NCBI GenBank assembly: GCA_033551855.1
Contig: JAWSUI010000041.1
Coordinates: 1-35,455 of the forward strand
Reading direction: 5' to 3'
Length of the DNA: 35,455 nt
DNA from: Deferrisomatales bacterium
GTDB taxonomy: Bacteria > Desulfobacterota > Deferrisomatia > Deferrisomatales > JACRMM01
Part shown: one piece after another, positions 17,895 through 27,001 of the stretch
How the letters are laid out: the number at the start of each line of letters is the position of its first letter
How positions within the stretch are numbered: position 1 is the stretch's first letter
The notes under the pieces: generated by a model
What the model saw: the letters and a program-made list of their open reading frames with translations, nothing else
What the model was told of the DNA's origin: nothing
The model's database searches: none
Program-made: the position numbers and the translations under genes

Positions 17895-18413
17895 GTGAAG
17901 CTGCCCGAGATCCGGAAGATCCTGTACTGCACCCAGCTCGGCCCCAATGCGGCGTACATCTTTCGTTATGCGTACGCCCTGGCCGAGAAGCTCGGGGCCC
18001 GGATCACCGTGCTGCACGTGGTGGAGACCCTGACTCCTCGGCAGGAGGCGATGGTGGAGGGGTACGCGGGGGTGGGCACCCTCCACGCGGCGGTGGAGCG
18101 GGAAGAAAGGGGCGTGGAGGCCCGGCTGCGCACGCGCATCCGGAAGTTCTGCGCGGCGGTGGTCGGGAAGCCCGACTGCTCCGAATTGGTGGAGGGGATC
18201 CTCGTGGCCGAGGGGCACCGTCCTTCCGACGTGATCCTGCGCCACGTGGGGAGCACGGGGGCGGATCTGGTGATCATGGGGGCCCACGCCGAGTCGACGG
18301 CGCTGGCCTCCCTCATGGGGAGCACCGCGCAGCGGGTCGTGCGCAGGTGCCCCGTCCCGGTGCTCACGGTCCAGGTACCGGAAGGGCAGCAGGAACTTAC
18401 CTTGACGGACTGA
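17895..18413 (+). CDS. Universal stress protein (UspA family)
   Basis: IRKILYCT..., ADLVIMGAH...MGSTAQRVVRRCPVPVL; RBS aggagg before the GTG at 17895. Confidence 0.88.
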   Translation: MKLPEIRKILYCTQLGPNAAYIFRYAYALAEKLGARITVLHVVETLTPRQEAMVEGYAGVGTLHAAVEREERGVEARLRTRIRKFCAAVVGKPDCSELVEGILVAEGHRPSDVILRHVGSTGADLVIMGAHAESTALASLMGSTAQRVVRRCPVPVLTVQVPEGQQELTLTD

Positions 18414-18415
18414 GA

Positions 18416-21400
18416 GTGCGGCTCACCCTCTTCCCCAAGCTCCTCCTCGCGTTCCTCGCCCTGAGCCTCCCAGGGCTGCTCTGGCTGAGTCTGGATGCGA
18501 CGCGCCGCATCGCAGCCGTCGGGGAGGAGGCGGTCCACGTCTCCGTGCAGGTGCTCGACGACAAAGCGAAGCAGTCCCTGGAGCTCCAAGCCTTCGGCCT
18601 GGCCGAGCAGGTCTCCCGGTTCCTGGAGGAGCGGGTGCAGGACCTGCGCATCCTCGGCGAATTGCCGAAGGACCCCCAGGCGTTCCTGCTCTTCTGCCGC
18701 AGCCGGACCGGTGAGGTGTGGACCCGGCGGCGGGATCCGGTGGGCGGCGTGCAGGAGTACCACCACCGCTTGCCCATCTACTCCGAGGTCTCCTGGATCG
18801 GGGCTGACGGCCGCGAGGTCTTCCGGGTGGACGGCGACTGGATGGCTCCTCACCGCTCCCTGCGGGACGTCTCGACCCCCTTCCGAACGACCTACGGCAT
18901 TGAGACGTACTTCCAGGATGCGGTTCGGGCCCGGCCCGGCGAGATCCTCGTGGGCCGCCTCGTAGGCCGCCACGTGGGCAAGGCCGAGCAGTTGGCCGGG
19001 GCGGGGACCCCCGAGGAGGCGGTGGGGGGGGCCGAGTACGTGGGGCACGTCCGGTTCGCCAAGGTCGTGTGGGAAGGGGAAGAGCTGCGAGGGGTGGTGG
19101 CCCTGGCTCTGGACCACCGGCACCTCATGGAGTTCACCCAGCACGTGCTACCCCTGAGCCGGGAGCGCGTGATCTTCCCCAGTTATCTCTCGGGCAACTA
19201 CGCCTTCCTCTTCGACGACCGGGGCTGGATCATCACCCACCCGAAGTTCTGGAACCTACCGGGCCTGGACGAGCAGGGGCGGTGGGTGCCTGCCTTTTCC
19301 CCCTCCTCCGCCCCCGAGGACGTGGAGGCAGGGCGGATCCCCTTCAACCTCGACGCCGCAGGCTTCGTCCACCCCAACTACCCGGAGGTCGCTCGGGCCG
19401 TGCGAGACGGGGAGTCGGGGGTCACGCGGACCTTCAACGTGGCCGGCGTGGACAAGGTGATGGCCTACGCACCCATCTACGTGCGGCCTGGACCCGGGGA
19501 GTCCCCGTTCGTCTTCGGGGGGGTGACCATCGGCGCCCTCACCGAGGCGTTCCACCGGGAGGCCGCAGCCACAGGGCAGGCGATCGAGGAGGCCTCCCGT
19601 GAGACCCTGCGCACGGGCCTCACCTTGGCCTGGGCGCTGGGTTTGGCGGTCCTGGGGGCGGCGTTCTGGCTCTCGCGGGCCATCGCCCGGCCCGTGCACA
19701 CGATGGCACAAATGGCGGGTCGGATCGCGGGTGGGGACCTTTCCGCCCGGGTGGGGGCGATCCCCCGGGACGAGGTGGGCCACCTGGCGCTGGCGCTGAA
19801 CCGCATGGGGGAGCTCCTGGAGGAGAAGGAGCGGCGGCTCGGGGAGAGCCGTGGCGAGCTGGAGCGGTCGCGGGACGACGCCCACGCGTACGCCGAGCGC
19901 CTGGAAGAGCAGCTCGCCACCCTCAGCCATATCCAGTCGATCAGCGGGTTCCTCGGAACGACGTTCGACCGGGAGGAGCTGCTCCAGATCATCCTGCGCA
20001 CTTGCGTGGAGGGGCTGGGGTTCGACCGGGTCCTCCTCTACGTGCTCGACCCGGATGGGGAGCGCCTCCGCTGCGTCGGGGTGAACGGGTTCGACGGGGC
20101 AGAGGAGGCCCGCGTGCTGTCCGCATCCTTCGAAGTCTCCCGCGACCAGGGGGTTCCCGTGACGGTGGTGCGCACCGGACGGCCCATCCACGGGGCCGAG
20201 GGCGGCGGCCCGACCGGGCTCTCCCGCGCCGGTCGAGGGGTAGCCGAGGGGGACCTGTCCCCCAGCTCTGTCTACGTGCCGATGAAGAGCCGGGACGCGG
20301 TGGTGGGGGTGCTCGGTGCGGACAGCGCGGTCACCGGGCGACCCATTCCCGAGCACCGGGTGGGTGCTCTCCAGATCGTGGCCGGCCAGGCGGCTCGGGC
20401 GATCGAGCGGGCCCGACTTTATGAGGAGGCTCAGCGGGCACGGGCGTTCATCGAGGCGGTGGTGGACTCCTTGGGCTCGGGGCTGATCACCCTGGGTGCC
20501 CGGGGCGAGGTGCTCACGGTGAATCGCTACGCTCAGACAGCCCTAGGTCTAGAGGAGGCCTCGGCCAGGGGGAAGACCCTGGAGGCGTGCGGCGTGGACC
20601 GGAATCTTCCCCGCTGGGTGGCGTCCCTCGGCCGGGAGGGGATCGCGGAGGCCGGAGAGCTCGAGGTCGTCACCCCGCTGGGACGGCGCACCTTCACCTG
20701 GGTCCCGAGCCGTTTCGAAGCCGACGGGGGACCCGGGCTCATCCTCCAGTTCCGCGACATCACCGAAGAGCGCGACATGGCCCGGACGCTGGAACGGGTA
20801 GACCGACTCGCGTCCCTGGGCCGGATGGCCGCCAGCGTCGCCCACGAGATCCGAAACCCCCTGACGGGGGTGGCGTTGCTCCTCGACGATCTGCACGACC
20901 GGCTCCCCGTGGGGGCGGACCGGGCCCTGGCCGCCCAGGCCCTGCAGGAGGTCGAGCGGCTCGAGGGGATCATCCAGGAGCTGCTCGCCTATGCCCGGGT
21001 TGACCGGAGGGAGCATCGGGAGTGCCGCCTGGAGGAGGTGCTGGAGCAGAGCCTCTTCCTGCTCAAGAAGCAGGCCCACAACCAGGGCGTGCGGGTGACG
21101 TTCCGTGCGGCGCCCGGGCTCGCCGGGGTCCGGGGTGACCCGGAGAAGCTCAAGCAGGCACTCCTGAACCTGTACCTCAACGCCCTGCAGGCCATGCCGG
21201 ACGGGGGAGAGCTGCGGGTGCTGGCCCGGGCCACGGAGGACGGGGTAGAGGTTCGGGTGGAGGACACGGGGCCCGGCGTGCCTCCGGAGGAGGCGGAGCG
21301 GATCTTCGAGCCCTTCTACACTCTCAGGTCCGGAGGCACGGGGCTGGGGCTGTCCATCGCCTACACCATCGTCGCCGACCACGGCGGGCGCATCGAGGTC

Positions 21401-21523
21401 GAGCGCCGGGCGGGACGCGGGGCGACGTTTCTCGTGTACCTCCCCGGGTCGCGGAGCGCCCTCTCCGAGGCCGCCCCTGGGGATGTGGCCGTGGCGGCAC
21501 AGGAGAGGCAGATCGCCCCATGA
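18416..21523 (+). CDS. Membrane sensor histidine kinase (large Cache-like periplasmic region, HAMP, GAF, PAS, HisKA, HATPase)
   Basis: Two TM segments, HAMP (DEVGHLA..LNRM), AHEIRNPL H-box, NLYLNA, DTGPG, GTGLGL. Confidence 0.9.
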   Translation: MRLTLFPKLLLAFLALSLPGLLWLSLDATRRIAAVGEEAVHVSVQVLDDKAKQSLELQAFGLAEQVSRFLEERVQDLRILGELPKDPQAFLLFCRSRTGEVWTRRRDPVGGVQEYHHRLPIYSEVSWIGADGREVFRVDGDWMAPHRSLRDVSTPFRTTYGIETYFQDAVRARPGEILVGRLVGRHVGKAEQLAGAGTPEEAVGGAEYVGHVRFAKVVWEGEELRGVVALALDHRHLMEFTQHVLPLSRERVIFPSYLSGNYAFLFDDRGWIITHPKFWNLPGLDEQGRWVPAFSPSSAPEDVEAGRIPFNLDAAGFVHPNYPEVARAVRDGESGVTRTFNVAGVDKVMAYAPIYVRPGPGESPFVFGGVTIGALTEAFHREAAATGQAIEEASRETLRTGLTLAWALGLAVLGAAFWLSRAIARPVHTMAQMAGRIAGGDLSARVGAIPRDEVGHLALALNRMGELLEEKERRLGESRGELERSRDDAHAYAERLEEQLATLSHIQSISGFLGTTFDREELLQIILRTCVEGLGFDRVLLYVLDPDGERLRCVGVNGFDGAEEARVLSASFEVSRDQGVPVTVVRTGRPIHGAEGGGPTGLSRAGRGVAEGDLSPSSVYVPMKSRDAVVGVLGADSAVTGRPIPEHRVGALQIVAGQAARAIERARLYEEAQRARAFIEAVVDSLGSGLITLGARGEVLTVNRYAQTALGLEEASARGKTLEACGVDRNLPRWVASLGREGIAEAGELEVVTPLGRRTFTWVPSRFEADGGPGLILQFRDITEERDMARTLERVDRLASLGRMAASVAHEIRNPLTGVALLLDDLHDRLPVGADRALAAQALQEVERLEGIIQELLAYARVDRREHRECRLEEVLEQSLFLLKKQAHNQGVRVTFRAAPGLAGVRGDPEKLKQALLNLYLNALQAMPDGGELRVLARATEDGVEVRVEDTGPGVPPEEAERIFEPFYTLRSGGTGLGLSIAYTIVADHGGRIEVERRAGRGATFLVYLPGSRSALSEAAPGDVAVAAQERQIAP

Positions 21524-22893
21524 ACGCCGAGTCCATCCTCATCGTCGACGACGAGGAGTTCCTCCGGGGGCAGCTCGAGCGGATCCTGGGGGAGGAAGGG
21601 TACGCGGTTCGGGGCGTCGAAAGCGGCCGCCACGCGCTGCAGGCCATCGACCGGGAAGGCGTGGACCTAGTGCTGCTCGACCTCAATCTCCCGGACCTCC
21701 ACGGCGTCGAGGTGCTCCGCGAGCTGCGCAGCCGCGACCCCGACCTCCTGGTCATCGTTGTTACCGGCTACGGGTCGGTGGAGAGCGCCGTGGAGAGCCT
21801 CAAGCTCGGTGCCTACGACTATATCAAGAAGCCCTTCAAGGCGGACGCCATCAAGCTCATCGTGCGTCTGGCGCTGGAGACGCAGCGACTGCGGCGCAGG
21901 GTCCGTGCCCTCGAGGAGCGCGAGGTGGGAGCCGGGCAGGAGGTCGTGGCCGAGAGTCCCGCCATGGGCCGGGTCCTGGGCCAGGCCCGGGACGTGGCGC
22001 GCCACCGGGACACGACCGTCCTCCTGACCGGAGAGAGCGGCACGGGCAAGGAGGTGGTGGCGCGGTTCATCCACGCCTGCTCCGAGCGGGCGACCGGCCC
22101 GTTCCTGGAGATCGACTGCGCCTCCATCCCTGGTCCGATCCTGGAGAGCGAGCTCTTCGGCCACGAGCCCGGGGCGTTCACCGATGCCCGGAAGGCGAAG
22201 GAGGGGCTCCTGCAGACAGCGAACGGGGGAACGGTGTTCCTGGACGAGGTGGGGGACATGGGCCTGGGCCTTCAGGCGAAGTTGCTGCGGTTCCTGGAGA
22301 CGCGGAAGATCCGCCGGCTGGGGGGGGTCCGGGAGGCACTGGTGGACGTGCGGGTGGTGGCGGCCACCAATCAGGACCTGCAGGAGGCCATCGAGGCCCG
22401 GCTGTTCCGGGAGGACCTGTATTACCGCCTGAACGTCTTCCCTATCCGCATCCCCCCCCTCCGTGAGCGGGCGGAGGACGTCCTGCCATTGGCCGAGCAC
22501 TTCCTCCACCACTTCGGGCGCAAGTTCCACAAGCCGCTGTCGGACATCGCGGCTGAGGCGCAAGACGCCCTGCGTGTCTACGGGTGGCCCGGGAATGTGC
22601 GGGAGGTCCGCAACCTCATGGAGCGGCTGGCCATCACCTGCCGCGGACCGGTGCTTCGGGCCGACGATCTGCCCGCCGAGCTCCGCCCCTCCCCCACGCC
22701 CCCCCTCCAACGGTGGGCCCTTCCCCTCGAGGGGTGTCGCTTGGAAGCCCTCGAAGGGGAGCTGGCCCGGAGCCTGATCACCCAGGCCCTCGAGCGAACC
22801 GGCGGCAACATCTCCCAGGCCGCCAAGCTCCTGGGCCTGCCCCGGGGCACCCTGCGCCACCGCATGGAAGCCCTAGGCTTGGGGGGAAGTTAG
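21520..22893 (+). CDS. sigma54-dependent response regulator (NtrC/AtoC type)
   Basis: Receiver domain (VDDE, DLNLP, KPF), GESGTGKE, ESELFGHEPGAFTDA, FLDEVGD, FREDLYYRL, Fis-type HTH. Confidence 0.93.
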   Translation: MNAESILIVDDEEFLRGQLERILGEEGYAVRGVESGRHALQAIDREGVDLVLLDLNLPDLHGVEVLRELRSRDPDLLVIVVTGYGSVESAVESLKLGAYDYIKKPFKADAIKLIVRLALETQRLRRRVRALEEREVGAGQEVVAESPAMGRVLGQARDVARHRDTTVLLTGESGTGKEVVARFIHACSERATGPFLEIDCASIPGPILESELFGHEPGAFTDARKAKEGLLQTANGGTVFLDEVGDMGLGLQAKLLRFLETRKIRRLGGVREALVDVRVVAATNQDLQEAIEARLFREDLYYRLNVFPIRIPPLRERAEDVLPLAEHFLHHFGRKFHKPLSDIAAEAQDALRVYGWPGNVREVRNLMERLAITCRGPVLRADDLPAELRPSPTPPLQRWALPLEGCRLEALEGELARSLITQALERTGGNISQAAKLLGLPRGTLRHRMEALGLGGS

Positions 22894-22957
22894 GGAGCAG
22901 CGCGCTTCCGGGGGACGAGGCGGGTTGCCGGGGGATGCGCTCGACTCGTTCGCGGGG

Positions 22958-24403
22958 TCAGCCTTTGACGACCCCCAGGGGCCGAAGCCGCGCCACGCGG
23001 CGGGAGATCCCGGCGCCGGCGACGGCGGCCACGACCTCGTCCACGTCCTTGTAGGCCTCGGGCATCTCCTCGGCCAGGGTCTTGACCCCCGCGGAGAAGA
23101 CCCAGATCCCCGCCGCCTCCAGCTCCTTTCGCACTTGGGCGCCGTGCTTCCGCTTCAGGGCGGCGTGCCGGGAGAGCAGCCGGCCCGCGCCGTGGCAGGT
23201 GGAGCCGAAGGTTTCCGCCATGGCCCCCTCGGTGCCCGCCAGCACGTAGGAGGCCCGTCCCATGTCCCCCGGGATCAGGACCGGCTGGCCCAGGTCGCGG
23301 TACCGGGAGGGTACCTCCGGGCGGCCCGGGCCGAAGGCCCGGGTGGCGCCCTTCCGGTGGACCATCACCCAGCGCTCCTCGCCATCGACCCGGTGCCGCT
23401 CCCTCTTGGCGATGTTGTGGGCCACGTCGTACACGAGCCGGAGCCCCAGGTCTCTCGGAGAAGAGCGGAAGAACTCCTGGAACGCCTCGCGGGCCCAGTG
23501 CATGAGGGCTTGCCGGTTGGCCCAGGCATAGTTGGCCGCACCCGCCATGGCTCCCAGGTACTGCCTCGCGGCATCGGTCGAGAGGTAGGCGCAGGCCAAC
23601 TGGCGATCCGGCAGCTCGATGCCGGATCGGGCGACCTCGCGGGCCATCACCTTCAGGTAGTCGTCGCAGACCTGGTAACCGAACCCCCGGCTCCCGGAGT
23701 GGATCATCACCGTGACCTGGCCCTGCCGCAGCCCGAAGGCTCGGGCTGCGTCGGCGTCGAAGATGGTCTCTACGTACTGGACCTCCAGGAAGTGGTTGCC
23801 CGAGCCGAGCGTCCCCACCTGGTTGAACCCCCGCTCGTAGGCCCGGGCCGAGATGGCGGTGGGGTCCGCGCCGGCCAGGCACCCTTCTTCCTCCGTGACC
23901 TCCAGGTCCTCCGGCTCCCCGTATCCCGCCTCCACGGCCCAGGCTGCCCCGCGGGCGACCACCGCCCTCTGTTCCCGCCGGTCGAGGCGGATGGGGCCCG
24001 TGGAGCCCACCCCCGAGGGTACCCGGCTGAAGAGAAGCCCGGCCAGGTCTCGGATCTTCGGCGCCACGTCGGCGCGATCCAAGTCGGTGGTGAGGAGCCG
24101 GCACCCGCAGTTGATGTCGTAGCCAACCCCCCCGGGTGAGATCACTCCCGTCTCCCCGTCGGTGGCCGCCACACCCCCGATGGGAAAGCCGTACCCCCAG
24201 TGGATGTCGGGCATGGCCATGCTGGCGCCCAGGATGCCGGGCAGTGTGGCGACGTTGCGCACCTGCTCCAAGGCCTTTTCGGAGCGGATCTGGGGGATCA
24301 TGCCCTCGGTGGCGTAGACGAGGCCCGGCACCCGCATGTCCCCCTCCTGGGGGATCCGCCACCGATAGTCGTCGACCCGTTCCAGCCGTACCGGTGCGTC
24401 CAT
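22958..24403 (-). CDS. rtcB: RNA-splicing/repair ligase RtcB (archaeal-like type)
   Basis: MPDIHWGYGFPIGGV, GYDINCG, GTLGSGNHFLE, HSGSRG, HNIAK, HRKGAT, PGDMG, CHGAGR, EEMPEAYKDV; start reassigned to the ATG at 24403. Confidence 0.95.
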   Translation of the reverse strand: MDAPVRLERVDDYRWRIPQEGDMRVPGLVYATEGMIPQIRSEKALEQVRNVATLPGILGASMAMPDIHWGYGFPIGGVAATDGETGVISPGGVGYDINCGCRLLTTDLDRADVAPKIRDLAGLLFSRVPSGVGSTGPIRLDRREQRAVVARGAAWAVEAGYGEPEDLEVTEEEGCLAGADPTAISARAYERGFNQVGTLGSGNHFLEVQYVETIFDADAARAFGLRQGQVTVMIHSGSRGFGYQVCDDYLKVMAREVARSGIELPDRQLACAYLSTDAARQYLGAMAGAANYAWANRQALMHWAREAFQEFFRSSPRDLGLRLVYDVAHNIAKRERHRVDGEERWVMVHRKGATRAFGPGRPEVPSRYRDLGQPVLIPGDMGRASYVLAGTEGAMAETFGSTCHGAGRLLSRHAALKRKHGAQVRKELEAAGIWVFSAGVKTLAEEMPEAYKDVDEVVAAVAGAGISRRVARLRPLGVVKG

Positions 24404-24522
24404 GGGGGTCCTCCTGTCAGGCGCGCGCACAGGGAGTCTACCGTCTCCCCCGGGACTGCGAAAGCCGGAGGCGGAGGGCCGCCCGCCGGGTCCAGAACGC
24501 GCGGGCCCCGGTCTGCTGCATG

Positions 24523-24729
24523 CCGGAATCCACGACCACCTTGTGGGGCGGAGTCCGGGAGCCCAGGAGTGCAGCTCCGCACCGCATCCACCGACTCGAC
24601 GGGGTCGGGGCAAGCGGGTGAAGCCTGGCGCACTGGGGACTGCTGGGACACTTCTTCGCATGGCCGCGAATTGCGGGGCGAAACGCAGGGGCTCCCGGAC
24701 TCCGCTTGCCGCCCGCCGGTCGAACCTGG
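24523..24729 (+). mobile_element. MITE family A, copy 3
   Basis: TIRs ccggaatccacgacc / gccggtcgaacctgg; flanks catg / cacg. Confidence 0.8.
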
Positions 24730-24807
24730 CACGGCGCCTGCCTGGCCGGAGCGGCACCCCTGGGGTAAGGTGCCGAGACATTTTCAACCCAGCGAACGGA
24801 GGTTGTC

Positions 24808-25572
24808 ATGCGAACCGGGATGCGGATCGCCGTCCCTGCGGCCCTGTTCCTCTTCCTTTCCCTCCCTGTCCCCCCGTCGGCGGACGCCGGCGGCAGGGCC
24901 GTCACCTACGAGGTCGGCGGGAAACCGTACGAGGGGTACTTCGTCTCCCCACGGCCCGACGCGCCCCTCGTTCTTCTCATCCACGACTGGGACGGGCTCA
25001 ACGACTACGAGGTGAAGAGGGCGAGCATGCTGGCGGAGAAGGGCTACGCGGTCTTCGGGGCCGACCTGTTCGGCGCGGGGGTGCGCCCGACGGCGCTCGA
25101 GGACCGGCGCCAGCACACGGGGGAGCTCTACACCGACCGCGCAAAGATGAGGGCTCTGATGGACGGGGCCCTCCAGGCAGCGGCGCGGGAGGGGGCGAAC
25201 GTGGGCAATGCCGTGGCCGCGGGGTACTGCTTCGGGGGCGCGGCCGTCCTGGAGCTCGCCCGGTCCGGGGCGGACCTCAAGGGGTTCGTCTCCTTCCACG
25301 GGGGGCTGAAGACACCCGAGGGGCAGGATTACTCGCGGGCGAAGGGGGAATTCCTCGTCCTCCATGGCAGCGCGGATGCGGCGATCAGCCTGGACGAGTT
25401 CGCGGCGCTCGCCCGGGAGTTGGAGGCGGCAGGGCTCCCCCACGAGATGGTGACCTACGGGGGCGCCCCCCACGCCTTCACGGTCTTCGGTGAGGAGCGC
25501 TACCGCGAGGACGCCGACCGCAAGTCGTGGGAGCTCTTCCTCCGTTTTCTGGGGGACGTCCTCGCCCGGTAA
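24808..25572 (+). CDS. Dienelactone hydrolase family protein with signal peptide
   Basis: IHDWDG, GYCFGG, SFHG, HAFT. Confidence 0.9.
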   Translation: MRTGMRIAVPAALFLFLSLPVPPSADAGGRAVTYEVGGKPYEGYFVSPRPDAPLVLLIHDWDGLNDYEVKRASMLAEKGYAVFGADLFGAGVRPTALEDRRQHTGELYTDRAKMRALMDGALQAAAREGANVGNAVAAGYCFGGAAVLELARSGADLKGFVSFHGGLKTPEGQDYSRAKGEFLVLHGSADAAISLDEFAALARELEAAGLPHEMVTYGGAPHAFTVFGEERYREDADRKSWELFLRFLGDVLAR

Positions 25573-25812
25573 GCCTGCCCGGCGGGCCCTGGGGACCGAC
25601 GTCCCGTGCTGCAACGAGCGATCGGTTCCCCGCGTGCGTTTGGCGCGAAACCACCCCTCCGGCGGGCAGGATCCCGGCGCGCAGCTCAGCTCGCGAGACG
25701 GCTTCGAACGGCCCTGCGGCCCTCCGGTGCGCCCAGAGCATCGTTCCAAGGCCGCCTGCCCGCTCTCCAGGAAGGCCCCGCGCCCGACCCCGACGCAACT
25801 CTCGCTGCGGTA

Positions 25813-26691
25813 CTAGGCTCGGGCCGCCCGGTTCAGCTCCTCGAGGAGCTTGGCAAGATCGACGTTGTGGATCATGGCGCTCTGCGTCACGGTCTCGGTG
25901 GCCTGCCCGGGGCACGAAAAGCACCCGGACCCGTAGTACTTGCGGAAAACCGCCTCCGTCTCGGGGTGGGCGGCCAGGATCTCGCCCAGGACCTGATCCG
26001 CGCGAATGACCGGTCGCCCCTCCTCCCCGGCAGAGATCGCGGCCCTCAGCTTCCGGAGCATCTCGTCGAGGTCCACCCCGTGGCGGCTGCAGGCCATCCC
26101 CAGCGTCACCGGGAGCTGCTTCACCTGCTCCCGGTGGTCTGGGTCGGCCAGAGCGGCAAAACCGCTCGCTACGAAGAGGTCGGCCGTGTGAGGCCAGCGG
26201 GAGAGAATCTCCCCGACGCGGGTGTCGGCCTCGATCGCGGGCGGGGGCCCGGGCGGGGAGGCCGGGGCCGGCTGTCGGGCCTCGGCCTCCCCCGGGAACC
26301 GGCCCCGGGTCCTTTCCGGCAGGAGGATGGTGGCGGCCAGGTTCACGGCGAAGAGCAGGACCGAGACGGTGGAGAGACCCGAAAAGAGGAGGAAACCTGC
26401 CGAGGGGATCTCCGGGTAGGTGACCACCATCCCGACGAGACCCACGTTGGCTGCCCAGAAATGGATGGGCAGCCAGGAAGGCCAGCGGAGCTCCCGGGCG
26501 TTGAAGCGGGGCAGCACGAAGTACCCCACGCCGTAGATCATCATCGCCATGAACCCGAGGAGGTTGAGGTGGACGTGGGCGAACCGCGCCCAGGACGGGG
26601 CCGGCGCGACGCCCATCCACATCCCGAGCACGGAGGCGATGGCGAAGTACAGAAGCGACGCGACGATGAAACCCTTCGTGTAGCGGTCCAT
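25813..26691 (-). CDS. Membrane protein (His-containing 4-TM domain) fused to two DUF1858-like domains
   Basis: AHVHLNLLGF..MIYGV.YF.LPRF, Pro-rich linker, then two I.AD..(V/L)GEIL...HGVD/HNVD repeats, the second with GCFSCPG; start at ATG 26691. Confidence 0.75.
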   Translation of the reverse strand: MDRYTKGFIVASLLYFAIASVLGMWMGVAPAPSWARFAHVHLNLLGFMAMMIYGVGYFVLPRFNARELRWPSWLPIHFWAANVGLVGMVVTYPEIPSAGFLLFSGLSTVSVLLFAVNLAATILLPERTRGRFPGEAEARQPAPASPPGPPPAIEADTRVGEILSRWPHTADLFVASGFAALADPDHREQVKQLPVTLGMACSRHGVDLDEMLRKLRAAISAGEEGRPVIRADQVLGEILAAHPETEAVFRKYYGSGCFSCPGQATETVTQSAMIHNVDLAKLLEELNRAARA

Positions 26692-26776
26692 GGGAAGCCC
26701 TCCGGGATCGTCCGCAGTTGGCTCGTCCCCGGAAACATACCGCACCGGGGGGCAGGGCGAAAAGCGCGGCGGCCCC

Positions 26777-26814
26777 CCGGAATCCCCCGCCCGCGAATCC
26801 GGCGGTGGAGCTGG
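26777..26814 (+). mobile_element. Minimal (38-bp) derivative of MITE family A
   Basis: ccggaatcccccgcc-9nt-ggcggtggagctgg, flanked by cccc on both sides. Confidence 0.55.
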
Positions 26815-27001
26815 CCCCCACGGGAGCGGGAACCCCTGAGCCGGCCCCGCGGCTTCTTGACAGGGACACCCTTGCGGCTACCCTGCCGGAAGGACCCGAA
26901 CGGCGGCGGAAGGGGATCACGATGCCCGGGCGCGCGCCGGAGCCGCGATCCTCCCCCGGGCGCTCCGGCACGCCGGGGAGCCCCCCGGCGAGGAGCTCCC
27001 C

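Noticed and set aside
21520..22893. RtcR regulator of rtcB
   Set aside because: N-terminal receiver domain instead of CARF, coupled to a kinase, and convergent with rtcB.
24404..24787. Long N-terminal extensions of RtcB (and likewise PanE, MocA, TrmJ and the lipoprotein) in the ORF track
   Set aside because: They run through MITEs or intergenic DNA; downstream starts match family N-termini.
25573..25812. Structured intergenic region between convergent genes (cctgccc...gggcagg)
   Set aside because: Single copy in the window with no recognisable motif; cannot be told from chance pairing in GC-rich DNA.
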